NCBI GenBank assembly: GCA_004764695.1
Contig: SMSO01000032.1
Span: 1,922,001 to 1,986,000, forward strand
Direction of reading: 5' to 3'
From: Schizochytrium sp. TIO01
Taxonomy: Eukaryota; Protista; Bigyra: Labyrinthulomycetes
Length of the DNA: 64,000 nucleotides
Position numbers and translations under genes: made by a program
The notes under the pieces: model-generated
Database searches by the model: none
What the model was told of the DNA's origin: nothing
Seen by the model: the letters and a program-made list of their open reading frames with translations, nothing else
Part shown: positions 10,719 through 21,828 of the stretch, in pieces
Layout: each line of letters begins with the position of its first letter
How positions within the stretch are numbered: the stretch's first letter is position 1

Positions 10719-13526
10719 TATCTTCTACTTCTTGCCCTCCCTGTAAGGTACCTTCGCACGGTCTTCTAAAGCTCTCCAAGCTCTCCGCCCGGCCCAAGCA
10801 ATATCTGATTGCGGTTCTGCAACATTACATTCATTGCACGAACTCTTCTTCTGATTCACTCTAAGCACTCTCGTATCTAGGCCCTAATACATAGCCAAGA
10901 CTTATTGATGCTAAGGCAATCCATTCAAGTCTATAGTTTAAGATAGGTAGTTCTTAGTGAGAAAATCTTAGTGTAATTCCTCTAGACGGCGTTACAAGGA
11001 TCTCGCGAAGGAACACATGGAACTATGGGAACTAATAGAACATTTCAGTAGCTGGCTATAAAACAATGGGGCTGTACACAGCACATGAATGAATGATTCT
11101 GAGATCAACTCAACTCGATGACTCCCTCGCTACAGGTTAAAGTCTTTTTAGCGAAGGTAGAAAGAAACCCAAGCCAAAGCAAAACAACGAGTCATTACTC
11201 GACGACTGCGTAGGTAGTAGTACCCAGGCACCTACCTACTAAGTATGATGAAGTGGAAGGCCAATGGGTGACACATGCAATGCCTAACTGAATGCCATGC
11301 CATACCTATCAGGTGCTGCCTCGTATGATGTGGTGACGATGAAAATCAAGAAGGTCGGCAAGTTAAGATTTAGAAAGCATTAAGTTAGCACCGAGTTCAA
11401 CCTGGTCGATCGATACCCAATGGTTGGATTGCTAAGTACGAACTGATGAGGTGCTTTACCATTCCTTCAAGAGCTGACCTACGAAACGGAGTTCATTTCA
11501 CCTTGCATCGGCCCTCGAAGAAAACCGTGACTCGAAAGTGGAGTTTGCGAAATGTGAGCAATTTTTGTGCGAAATGCCAAACATGGCAAGCTCCTCCTTC
11601 ACAATCTCAAGTTTCACAATTAGGCGCAAATGAATGCAGATATTCGATAGTTTATGCTTCTCGGAGCATACCTTCCTCTGTCTATGAAGACCGCGGTTTG
11701 TTGTCGGGCCTGGAGTTTGCTGGAGCTCGTGCTAATGTCAGCCTGAAGTTGGTTATCTCAGGTTATATTGCTTGCGCTTCTATGATAAAGCACAGGTAGT
11801 GAGTGCTACACTTCTCTCTCCAAAGAGTGCTGCCAAATTGCAAATTAGAACTTCCTGATTGGTTTCGGAAACACGATGAAGAGATTGAGATTTGCCTATC
11901 ACCCGATAGCGATAGTATGCTGCTTCTACCTCATTGCCGGGAATTGGTTCAAGTTGGAGAGCGAGTGAGCCGCGTCGTCATGGTCTGAAGCCTCGCTTCG
12001 GTAACATCCAAGGACGTCATTGATGTATTTTTAATTAACTGGTGCTGCTCTACCTAGAGAGTGAGTGCCTGGGCACCTATTGCCTTACTTTGAAGTTTCG
12101 ATGTAAACTTATGGAAATGTAACTAAAAGAGCTGTCTTCTGCATTGTGAAAATAGGGCCTTGCAAGCAGCATTGCTCCCATTGCTCACTCCTTGGGAGTG
12201 GCCGGGACTCAATTATTCTACATCCTCATTCCTCAACCTTGCTCGAGACCAGCAACTGTAAATGCAATTCATAGTGTGTCATATGTTATGCATGTCAGTC
12301 ATGATAATAGCTACATACCAATAGGTAGATCGGTAGAAGCGGCGATGGTTTTCGTAAAACATCTAACTCGACACAGCCATCGCATTCTTCTACGAATGGC
12401 CTCAAAAAGAGCCGCAACAAGGTACCCGCACCTGTGCTTTTGCTTCCATAGCACATCAGCTCTCAGCCGTGCTTAAAGACTTCACATCCCGTACTTTGTA
12501 CTACAGTGTTTTCTTTCTTCAACTCTGAATTGTGTAATGCTCCTTCTAAAGTAGTGTGTTCATTACATACATTTTGGGGGGGTTTATAACTTTTTAAAGT
12601 ACCTTGCTGCTTGATATATGTATATATATACATATACATATATACAGATATATAGTTTTAAATTTTAAAAAAAATTAAAGATTAAAAAAAAATCCCTTAA
12701 AACATAAAAAATAAAAACATTGGGGGAGAAATGGAAAGAAAAAAGAAGATGAATTACAAAGTTTTGGAAAATCAGAAAACGACTTGAAGAATGCCAATGC
12801 TCGCGGAGCCGTGCGAGCAATATTCCCGGCAAATGATGACTTCTGAAGAGCCGTCGACGACCGAAGTTGGACCCAAGTTGAGGTTTGCCTTATTTCTCAG
12901 CCACTGCCAACAAGTCGTGGTTAGTTTACAAATTCCTTCTTATTGGACCTCTTTAACCAAGAGGTTCACAGCCGCACAATCTATCGATCGCCTTCAAGCT
13001 GCTCTGGTTGTCCTTCGTTCGAGCTTAAGCTGATCAAAAAGCGCACATTCGTCGATCGTTGCAGGACAATCAACCAACCAACCAATTAATCAATCAATCG
13101 TTCAATCGTTCGTTCATTCATTCCTTCCTCACGTGCCATCATCGGACATTGTCTGCTGCGCTGTCCACAGAACAATCAATACACACTAAACAGTAAACAG
13201 TAAACAGCAAACAGCAAACAATAAACAACTCATAACAATCTAACGCACTCAACAGCACCACCTATAAACCATAATCCCAAGAGCAGCGTCGGTGTCCGAT
13301 CGTTCCCGTCAATGGCCATCGCCGTCCAGAGCGCGAAGGAATCTCATCTCCGCAGCGACCATCAAACGCAAACCATCGGCAGACAGTACATCATCAAACG
13401 GGGTGACAGCGCAGATCGACACTCCGCAGTAACGAGATTGGTGAACGCGCAGCACCATCATCAATGATAGATACACAGTGCAGCTAAACACGTGAAGACC
13501 GAGGTACATTACATTTTCTTGTCTTC

Positions 13527-13590
13527 GAATGAATGAATGAATGAATGAATGAATGAATGAATGAATGAATGAATGAATGAAGAATGAATG
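13527..13590. repeat. (GAAT)n microsatellite
   Basis: Tetranucleotide run visible directly. Confidence 0.95.
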
Positions 13591-13625
13591 AACGAATCAA
13601 TCGATCAGTTAATCAATCAACCATT

Positions 13626-13872
13626 CAAGATATTGATTGTCTTTCCTTGTGTTGATTAGCATTGCAAGATGTCGCCAATATATTGATTGTCTTTCTTTGT
13701 GTGTTGATTAGTATTGCAAGATGTCGTGAATGCATTGGTTGTCTTTCCTTGCGTATTGATTTATAATTGCAAGATACCGTCAATGCATTGGTTGTCTTTC
13801 CTTGCGTGTTGATTTAGCATTCATTGCAAGATATCGTCAACATATCGATCGTCTTTCTTTGTTTGTTTCGAT
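13626..13872. repeat. Diverged minisatellite, ~50-57 bp unit, about 4.5 copies
   Basis: Units start at 13632, 13682, 13734, 13787 and 13844, with consensus ATTGRTTGTCTTTCCTTG...TTGATT...ATTGCAAGAT. Confidence 0.9.
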
Positions 13873-14253
13873 TCTCGACAGCTTTGCCGTCTACGATGAA
13901 GGGTGCCCGCTAGGGGCGTGCTAGTGCTTACGCTAGCAGTGCGCGCCTGGCAAAGCGCTCTCTCGGAGTCGGACTCTGCCGCAAACCCGCGCCGCTGTCC
14001 AGGAACACTCCTTGACTGCGCGACAAACTCGCTGCTCAGGGCGGAGCAGGGTTGGGCAGGCAGAGCAGGCGATGCCGAAGGCAGACAGGCGAGCGGGCTC
14101 GCCCTGCCCAGGTCTGGTAGGAGCATCATCCGCAGCTTCGAAGCGAGCGGGCAGCGGCCAAGAAAGAAGAAGGCGAATCTGACTCTCGAGGTCAATCTAA
14201 TCTTTCCAAGCGATTTAGTTTTCAAGGTCAGATCAACATTTTTTCGTTATTTC

Positions 14254-14458
14254 TTGTTTGTTTATTTGTTTGTTTGTTTGTTTGTTTGTTTGTTTGTTTG
14301 TTTGTTTGTTTGTTTGTTTGTTTGTTTGTTTGTTTGTTTGTTTGTTTGTTTGTTTGTTTGTTTGTTTGTTTGTTTGTTTGTTTGTTTGTTTGTTTGTTTG
14401 TTTGTTTGTTTGTTTGTTTGTTTGTTTGTTTGTTTGTTTGTTTGTTTGTTTGTTTGTT
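14254..14458. repeat. (TTTG)n microsatellite, ~200 bp
   Basis: Visible directly; it generates the spurious FVCL ORFs. Confidence 0.98.
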
Positions 14459-14640
14459 ATGGGTACCTGTCGTTGCTAGTATTCACAATGTTTACTTATG
14501 TGTACCATGTTGTGGCAATTCAAGTTTCTGACTTTCTTGCAAACTTGCTACTCGTGGTTATCCAGCTGCTACTAGGCGCAGTAGCAGCAATTTTGCTAGT
14601 CTTATTTTTTTAATTTTTTTTTTATTACTTTAAATGAAAA

Positions 14641-14684
14641 CAAACAAACAAACAAACAAACAAACAAACAAACAAACAAACAAA
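14641..14684. repeat. (CAAA)n microsatellite
   Basis: Visible directly; reverse complement of the upstream (TTTG)n. Confidence 0.95.
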
Positions 14685-14843
14685 AGAAAACAAAAGAAAA
14701 AGAGAAAGAGAAAAGTTTGAGTGGGAATCCTCTCTTTCGAAAGAGAGAAGAGCTGCCATAGGGGTCTATTAAGCCGCAGGTATCCGTGATTAATCATGCT
14801 TATTGCGTCCAAGCAAGAATGGAGAATGGCGCCTGAGACAGCA

Positions 14844-14879
14844 GAAGAAGAAGAAGAAGAAGAAGAAGAAGAAGAAGAA
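14844..14879. repeat. (GAA)n microsatellite
   Basis: Visible directly. Confidence 0.95.
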
Positions 14880-15127
14880 GGCGGAGCGAGCATCGAAAGC
14901 GGCAGCAGAGAGAAAGCCGCAGTGGTGCTGCGAACTAGGCTGGAGTCCTGCCTGTCCGAGAGCCACGGGCCGTTGGCTGCTGGAGCTTGCCTGCCTGCCT
15001 GCCTGCCTGCTCGCGCCTTGGTTTCCTCGAGGCAGCTGAGGAAACCAACTTCAACAGCAAATCTGCACTCAAACTCCAAAGAAAAAGAAAAGTAATTTGC
15101 TTTTCAATTCAAGTTGTTCATTATCTC

Positions 15128-15184
15128 TTTCATTTCATTTCATTTCATTTCATTTCATTTCATTTCATTTCATTTCATTTCATT
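15128..15184. repeat. (TTTCA)n microsatellite
   Basis: Visible directly. Confidence 0.95.
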
Positions 15185-16113
15185 TTTCTATTTCGAGCAT
15201 TTGCTCGTTTAGTCACTTAGATGGTTAGGGTAGTAGTGAGTGCTAAGTAGGAGGTAGCGAGATCCTTTTTCTCTGTTTCTTTTCTTTGGGAAATGGTGAC
15301 AGTTTAATGAAAAACCATCGAAGAAGATACATCCGCCCACAAGAGCACGCTTCTGGGAGAGGTGATCGCGATGCGCTCTGATAGCCGGCCTGAGGTCGGA
15401 GCGTTTCTGGCAGAGAGTGAAGCATATGGAGGCCATTTCGTCACTCAAACTCATCGTCTGGTCGATCGTTTGCCTGCGATTTATCGATTGATTGATGATT
15501 GATTTATCAGATTTGGCATTTCGTCGATTCTCATCTGTCCACTAACACACCCTATCGCCTACCTACCTGTTTCGCTAAGCCCCTTCCACTTCTTCATCTT
15601 GTTGCGCCACTTCGTTTCCCTCCTCTTCCTCTCCTCATTATGATATGATGCTGTGAATCTGTTTGTTCTAAACACTCATGATGTTGAACTTAGCTATTGA
15701 TTGATCTATGGTTCAATCATTTCATTCATATTTTTGGAAAGTAATATAGTATGTGAGATAGATCAGCATAACAGCAGTGAAGATAGAGCGGTACATTCAT
15801 TATGAAGTCGTAGTGATGATGGATGTGTAAAAACAACAACTTTTTCTTTCTTTCTTTCTTTCTTTCTTTCTCTCTCTCTCTCTCTCTCTCTTTAATTTAT
15901 TTAATTTATTTAATTTTTTTTTTAAATCTATAGAGTGTGTTCTATCTGATGCACTACTAGCGACTATAGTAATCGTATCCCTAAGACTGTCTATCGTTCA
16001 CTCGTTGGTTTCTTCTCCCATTCAATCTATTTTTTGAGAAAAGGAAAAGAAAAAGTCTTCATTTTGTACTTCTTACTACTAAAAAGGTTAAAGAGATCAT
16101 AATAATCAAAGCC

Positions 16114-16155
16114 AAAGCAAAGCAAAGCAAAGCAAAGCAAGCAAAGCAAAGCAAG
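16114..16155. repeat. (AAAGC)n microsatellite upstream of GOT2
   Basis: Visible directly. Confidence 0.9.
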
Positions 16156-16236
16156 CGAATCCTACTCGACAGCAATCCCTGAACTAGCTCGACAGGTCTC
16201 GTTTGCCTTCGTTGCCTCCACTCCTCTCTCTTTAAA

Positions 16237-17502
16237 ATGCTTGCCACCAGCGCCCGCCGCGCGCCCGCCGCCGTCTCTGCGGGATCCCGTGCCCTGAGCT
16301 CGTGGACCGATGTGCCCATGGGCCCTGCCGACCCTATCCTTGGTCTCACGGAGATGTTCAACAACGACCAGGACCCTCGCAAGGTAAGCCTTGGCGTTGG
16401 TGCTTACCGTGACGACAACGGCAAGCCCTGGGTTCTCCCCTCCGTTCGTGCTGCTGAGAAGAAGCTTCTCGACGACCAGGTCAACAAGGAGTACCTCGGT
16501 ATCGCCGGTCTCAAGCCCTTCGTCGACCTCTCCCTCAAGTTCGCCTACGGTGCTGACTCTGGCCCCCTTGCCGACAAGCACATCGCCGGTGTGCAGACTC
16601 TCTCCGGCACTGGTGCCTGCCGTCTTGTCGCCGAGTTCTTCAACCGCTTCAAGATCTCCACCAACAACGCCATCTACATGCCTAACCCGACTTGGGGAAA
16701 CCACATCCCCATCTTCAAGAACGCCGGCATGGACGTTAAGCAGTACACTTACTTCGACCGCGAGCTCGTCGGTCTTAACTTCGATGCCATGCTCAAGGAC
16801 ATCAAGGACGCCCCAGACGGCTCCGCCTTCCTCCTTCACGCTTGTGCCCACAACCCTACTGGATCTGACCCCACCATGGAGATGTGGCGCGAGATCTCTG
16901 ACGTCATGAAGGCCAAGCGCCACGTGCCGTTCTTCGACTGCGCATACCAGGGCTTCGCCTCTGGTGATGCTGAGAAGGATGCCGCCGCCATCCGCCTCTT
17001 CGTGGAGCAGGGCCACCAGGTGTGCTTGAGCCAGTCCTTCGCCAAGAACTTTGGCCTGTACGGTGAGCGTGTTGGAGCCCTCAGTGTTGTCTGCGAGGAC
17101 AAGGACGAGGCAGCCCGCGTTGAGTCCCAGCTTAAGCTTCTCATCAGACCCATGTACTCCAACCCGCCCGCTAACGGAGCCCGCATTGTGCAGACCATCC
17201 TCAGCGACCCCAAGCTCGAGGCCCAGTGGCGCGATGAGTGCAAGAGCATGGCTGACCGCATCATCCAGATGCGTGACCTCCTCAAGGGAAACCTCGAGAA
17301 GGAGGGATCTTCCCGCGACTGGAGCCACGTTACCTCCCAGATTGGTATGTTCTGCTACTCTGGCATCTCCCAGGAGCAGGTTCTTGAGATGCGCGAGAAG
17401 CACCACGTCTACATGACCAACGACGGCCGTATCTCCATGGCTGGTGTCACCACCGGCAACGTCGAGTACCTCGCCGCTGCTCTCCACGACGTCACCAAGT
17501 AA
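16237..17502 (+). CDS. GOT2: Aspartate aminotransferase, mitochondrial
   Basis: Arg/Ala/Ser-rich presequence, 'PADPILG', 'LGVGAYRD', 'QTLSGTGA', 'HACAHNPTG', 'FFDCAYQGFASG', PLP-lysine motif 'SFAKNFGLYGERVG', 'GRISMAG'. Strong bias toward C-ending codons. Confidence 0.97.
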   Translation: MLATSARRAPAAVSAGSRALSSWTDVPMGPADPILGLTEMFNNDQDPRKVSLGVGAYRDDNGKPWVLPSVRAAEKKLLDDQVNKEYLGIAGLKPFVDLSLKFAYGADSGPLADKHIAGVQTLSGTGACRLVAEFFNRFKISTNNAIYMPNPTWGNHIPIFKNAGMDVKQYTYFDRELVGLNFDAMLKDIKDAPDGSAFLLHACAHNPTGSDPTMEMWREISDVMKAKRHVPFFDCAYQGFASGDAEKDAAAIRLFVEQGHQVCLSQSFAKNFGLYGERVGALSVVCEDKDEAARVESQLKLLIRPMYSNPPANGARIVQTILSDPKLEAQWRDECKSMADRIIQMRDLLKGNLEKEGSSRDWSHVTSQIGMFCYSGISQEQVLEMREKHHVYMTNDGRISMAGVTTGNVEYLAAALHDVTK

Positions 17503-18534
17503 ATTGATTCTTGTTGATGTTGATGTTGAAGGTATTGAAATAAATTCCTACCGCATCTCTCGTGTGAAAATGCTTTTGCAGCTAGCCAGTTGTGTTTTCA
17601 GGCCTGACCAAAGATCTAGCTGGTTCCTCTTGCATTTTTGCTCTCTAAATCTCTGTGGTGTTCATTCACTCACTCCATAGTGTGCTCGCTCGCTAGCTTG
17701 TATGCAAGTGTGAATGGGACCAAATTTGACACGGGTGGCCAACATGTTTTTGTTGACGATTGGGATAAACAATGTGATTTTTCTCCCCTAATGTTGATCA
17801 TGGTAATGGTGAATGATGATAATCAAACGGGGTACACTTCTTTCTCCTAGTGGGAAAAAGAAGCGTGACGCACTCCGAACAACTGTCACCAGCCAAGCTT
17901 AACTTAAAAGTAAAATCTACTTTCTTTCTCTGATGAATGAGTCTTCAAGAGCCCCGTTTGGTGTGCCATCTCAATTCTTTCCAACCGGTTTTACACTACC
18001 CTAATACTACTTTATATTTCACTTTCTGATTTCTTCTACCTCTTTTCCTCCCTATCCATACTTCACATCTTACTTTGATGGAAGATAAATCATTCAGCTT
18101 ACAACAGTCAATGAAAAAATCAAAGGAACAGCTAGAGCTTATGATACTGGATGATACAAATCTTTTGAGCAAAAATTGAGGACGGCACTCCACGAGCACC
18201 TGCGTGTTTAGAACCTCTATCTCAATCTGTAAACAACAACAACAACAGCAAGATCAAGATCAAGAACAGTCTCATTGAGACAAGACATCCAAATCAAGAT
18301 GTAAGTGTCTTCGTAATTGATAGCAACCACGCGCTCCAAGTTTGAGAGGAAAAAGAATCCTGCATTAAAAAAATCTTTGAAAATTTTCTAGACATGCATC
18401 ATCTTCAAATGCTGTCGAAGGGTAGGTAATACACCAACCTTTACAATTCTTAAATAAAGGAGCACCATAATTGAGCTCATTATATTCAAGCTTTTCGTGC
18501 TGGAGGGCTCATACGCTAGATACTTTGAGAACCC

Positions 18535-21500
18535 TTATGAAAGTTCAAATCCAGAAGCACTTTTGATTGCAAATAAAAGTTTTTCCTGAAGAACCTCCTT
18601 GCTGGAATATTTAGGCAGTTTCAAAAAATTGACACAAGTACTTGCCGTAGGTAAACGATCTCCGTCGTTCTCAATGTTTACACAAGCGATGCACAATGGA
18701 GGATGCAATGAACCAAAGCCTTGCAATGGCGGCTTGCTACATGACGTAATAAATCGTAGTAATAAGCCGCGCTCCTCTGCATCCATCTCTGAGACAACCT
18801 CCCAAAATGCCTGAATGTATGGCTGGGAAGGGTGATAACCGTGTGAATATGTGCATGCCAAGCGCATTTTCTGTACATCAAATCCATCATCCGAACCGCC
18901 AATCACGAGCTGCATTTCACGAGGCTTGAACATCTGAATCCACTTGAGTGAGATAAGAGAAGAAAAGCCTGTAAGAAAAGCCTCCGTTTGGGGCCTAAAC
19001 TCCTCATTCAATCGAAAGCTAGACAACCGCGAAATGTAATGCACGTAGTTGTCCTTAGTCACTTCAATATTAGAACCACCTGGAACAAGGTCGAAATCCA
19101 CTGTTTTGCTACCACATTGGCGGGACACACTAAACGTCAAACCCACCTCACCAGGGTCCGAAAGGGACTTCAGATGGATTACGTTGCGGTAGATTTCCGG
19201 GTCAAGACTTTGCAAATCATGCAGATGATTGCGATGGCCTAAGATAGAGTTCAGGAAAAAAGGTGCAAGTCTAAGCTCGAGAAGAATTCCTTCGTAAACA
19301 GCCTTGCCCAACATCCGTCCAATGAATTGATAATGATGGAGAGACGAGCCAGTAGCAAGGGAGCTATCTGGGTTCGGATACAGTTCTTGATTGGCTGATA
19401 TTTTCCATAGACCATTGTTTGGGTCAAATGCTTCTTTCATAAACTCTAATAGAAACTCTTTAAAAAGGCCTCCGCCATCAATGCCTCGCTCTGCAACGCC
19501 TTGTTGGCTCATAAACTGCACCTGTATGCGGCCCTTTAGAGACGCCTTTTCATGCAGCGCCTCAAAGGCATCGTCATATACGGTGCCGCGACGAACAGTG
19601 AGGCGCGTGAAGTTGTCATACCGAGTACGTGCCGAGACTGAGTGTCTATCACTCCGCAGGAAGTGGTCAAATACTTTTGTGCGTTGATCGAAAGGAACAG
19701 CCTCTGGAAGAGCTCGAAGAAGGTTTTTCACTCGATCAGATGCATTCTCTGGGGAGACGCCTTCCTGTACAGCATCCTCCATGCGTGAATCCTCATCTTC
19801 TGATGAGTCGTCACTCATCCTATTAGACTCATCATAGGACATTCCACGACGTCTAGCAGCAGACGCTCTCCGTCTTGCAGATGCGCCAAGTCGTTCGGGC
19901 CTCTTGAGGGTCTGGGATTCATCCCATGCGGATCGCGTATTGACTATATTCACAAGGCGAGGGATGCGACTCAAAGAAGCTGTTTGCCGAACGACCCCAC
20001 TTCCTGCGATGCCGAGCTCATCCTCTCTGATTTCAGGAAAGAGCCACTGGGAATCATCCATGATGGGGTGACGCGAATGACGATCATAGAGTTGATCGTA
20101 TAACTCTGCGCATTTCTTCATCATTTCATCAGGAAAATCTTGTTTACTTGGCACAGAAGTATCCTTTTGCTCCCAAAGGCCTTCGTACAACACATGTTTC
20201 AGGAAAAGAGCGACAAGTCGTAACAACTCAACCGACAAGGGAACACCATTTACAAAGATCTCCTCGTCATCAAGAGCTGGAAGGAGTTGACATGTAGCTG
20301 CACATGTAAACGTAACCACACTGCAGACCTCTTTCAAGCGACCTTCACTAAAGAGAGATGGGGAAATAAATCCATCTTCATCAAGAAAGTCCACGAGAGT
20401 AGACCAAAGCATACGTACTAGTGAACGGTCATGCGGACTAAAGGCTACGGCGCCTATAACCACACCAGACGCACTGAGCGTATCTAAAGCATTTACATTG
20501 CTACCCTGAGAGTTTACAGCTGCGCTAATTCGAGAATGAGTCCAATACTTTCGAATAACTTCGTATGCAGAGCAAACAGCAAGCAAAAGGTCGAAATTTG
20601 GTTGGCTAGCGCCATCTGCCCCAGGATCAAGAACAGAATAGAACTCGTGTTGAACCATTCCAGGATCTCTGAGTTGTTTTAGCTCAGGTAAAGTCTCGAG
20701 AATATGCCCATGTTGAGAGCTTTGCAGCATATATGCAATAGAACGCCAAAACGCAGCTCGCAGATCATCACGTCCTTCTCCCTTGTCTGCACATGCACGG
20801 GAGATTCGAATGGAGTTTGCAACAACATGGTTGTCCTCCGAGGACTTCGAGTCAACTATTGATCCCAGCCCTCGCAATGCTGCAGCCCACGCTTTTGCGG
20901 AGAACTTCTCTCGAAGAATTTCATCTACACCATACTTTTGCAATAAGTCACCATCGATACTAAGAACTGAGCAAGCGAATTCATGCATAACCAGTTCAAG
21001 CTCACTTTGTTCTTGGACATCAACGTCATTGTCATACGAGGCAGATGAGCGCATCTTTTCATCTAACTGGATTTGCTCAACATACTCTGCAAACATGGAA
21101 CAGAATAACTGTACAAGGGATAACTCCTCCGTCCTGCGGTGTAGCTTGCGAATCTTGATAAGGCTATGGAGTACAGAGCTAACAGAACCTGCACATCTGT
21201 GAGGCCGATGGCGTGTGCTGATGAGTGAGACTGAAATCACCCGTATATTATTGCTCTGCTCTAGAATTCTAGACAGTGTGACTACAATGGTGTGCACCAA
21301 CTCACTCTCGTCCACTCCCTTCCTTTGGTACGCCGAGAGATTATCACGAAGAGTGAGTTGGAGATAATTCATAAGTAAACTGCATAATGCCAAGACTCTC
21401 GTGTTGCTCACTAAAGCGTCTGCACTTTCTGGTGCGTCTTGGGCCTTAGCAACCCACTTGCAAAAGTTTAGCATGTCTTTACCACACACATCTTCTCGAC

Positions 21501-21828
21501 TATCATCATATCCGAAGACGAAAAGGTTGACGAGGCGAATCAAAATTGGCATTGGAACTACGAATCCGCGCACAGCAGCCTCGACCCCTCTGATATCATG
21601 AACTTTGCTTGACCATTCTGCAATTGCAGCTCGTTTCTCATTTTGCCGAACCTGGTATGAATACAGAACTCGCTTTAAAACAGCCTGGGCTGCAATTTCA
21701 TCTTTCTCGCGCTTACGTCTTTCGCGATCCTGCTTTACACGTGCCGTAAGTGCTTTGCGACCTTCTTCACGAGCGCTTTTGCCTCGCATAGAAACCTGTC
21801 GGCTCGCACGGAACGAGCCATCCCACAT
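18535..21828 (-). CDS. HECT E3 ubiquitin ligase, UBE3B/UBE3C (UPL6/7)-like
   Basis: N-terminal 'RQVSMRGKS...R..RE' followed by an IQ-like segment. HECT domain has 'ERGIDGGGLFKEF', 'FIGRMLGKAVYEG', 'LLRFITSCSKPPL' and the catalytic Cys in 'RLPTASTCVNFLKLP', and ends 'GFELS'. Confidence 0.94.
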   Translation of the reverse strand: MWDGSFRASRQVSMRGKSAREEGRKALTARVKQDRERRKREKDEIAAQAVLKRVLYSYQVRQNEKRAAIAEWSSKVHDIRGVEAAVRGFVVPMPILIRLVNLFVFGYDDSREDVCGKDMLNFCKWVAKAQDAPESADALVSNTRVLALCSLLMNYLQLTLRDNLSAYQRKGVDESELVHTIVVTLSRILEQSNNIRVISVSLISTRHRPHRCAGSVSSVLHSLIKIRKLHRRTEELSLVQLFCSMFAEYVEQIQLDEKMRSSASYDNDVDVQEQSELELVMHEFACSVLSIDGDLLQKYGVDEILREKFSAKAWAAALRGLGSIVDSKSSEDNHVVANSIRISRACADKGEGRDDLRAAFWRSIAYMLQSSQHGHILETLPELKQLRDPGMVQHEFYSVLDPGADGASQPNFDLLLAVCSAYEVIRKYWTHSRISAAVNSQGSNVNALDTLSASGVVIGAVAFSPHDRSLVRMLWSTLVDFLDEDGFISPSLFSEGRLKEVCSVVTFTCAATCQLLPALDDEEIFVNGVPLSVELLRLVALFLKHVLYEGLWEQKDTSVPSKQDFPDEMMKKCAELYDQLYDRHSRHPIMDDSQWLFPEIREDELGIAGSGVVRQTASLSRIPRLVNIVNTRSAWDESQTLKRPERLGASARRRASAARRRGMSYDESNRMSDDSSEDEDSRMEDAVQEGVSPENASDRVKNLLRALPEAVPFDQRTKVFDHFLRSDRHSVSARTRYDNFTRLTVRRGTVYDDAFEALHEKASLKGRIQVQFMSQQGVAERGIDGGGLFKEFLLEFMKEAFDPNNGLWKISANQELYPNPDSSLATGSSLHHYQFIGRMLGKAVYEGILLELRLAPFFLNSILGHRNHLHDLQSLDPEIYRNVIHLKSLSDPGEVGLTFSVSRQCGSKTVDFDLVPGGSNIEVTKDNYVHYISRLSSFRLNEEFRPQTEAFLTGFSSLISLKWIQMFKPREMQLVIGGSDDGFDVQKMRLACTYSHGYHPSQPYIQAFWEVVSEMDAEERGLLLRFITSCSKPPLQGFGSLHPPLCIACVNIENDGDRLPTASTCVNFLKLPKYSSKEVLQEKLLFAIKSASGFELS

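Noticed and set aside
13626-13872. CRISPR-like array
   Set aside because: Whole units are homologous with no unique spacers, there are no cas genes, and the context is eukaryotic.
13903-14613. 236 aa ORF and neighbours with (FVCL)n
   Set aside because: Translation of the (TTTG)n microsatellite.
16162-17487. 441 aa antisense ORF overlapping GOT2
   Set aside because: It is a shadow of GOT2's strong codon bias (avoidance of TTA/CTA/TCA removes antisense stops) and shows no family motifs.
21218-21240. Hammerhead-like CTGATGA...GAAA (also CTGATGA near 38119 and 42081)
   Set aside because: Stem II and the flanking stems are not canonical; the first lies antisense within the HECT CDS.
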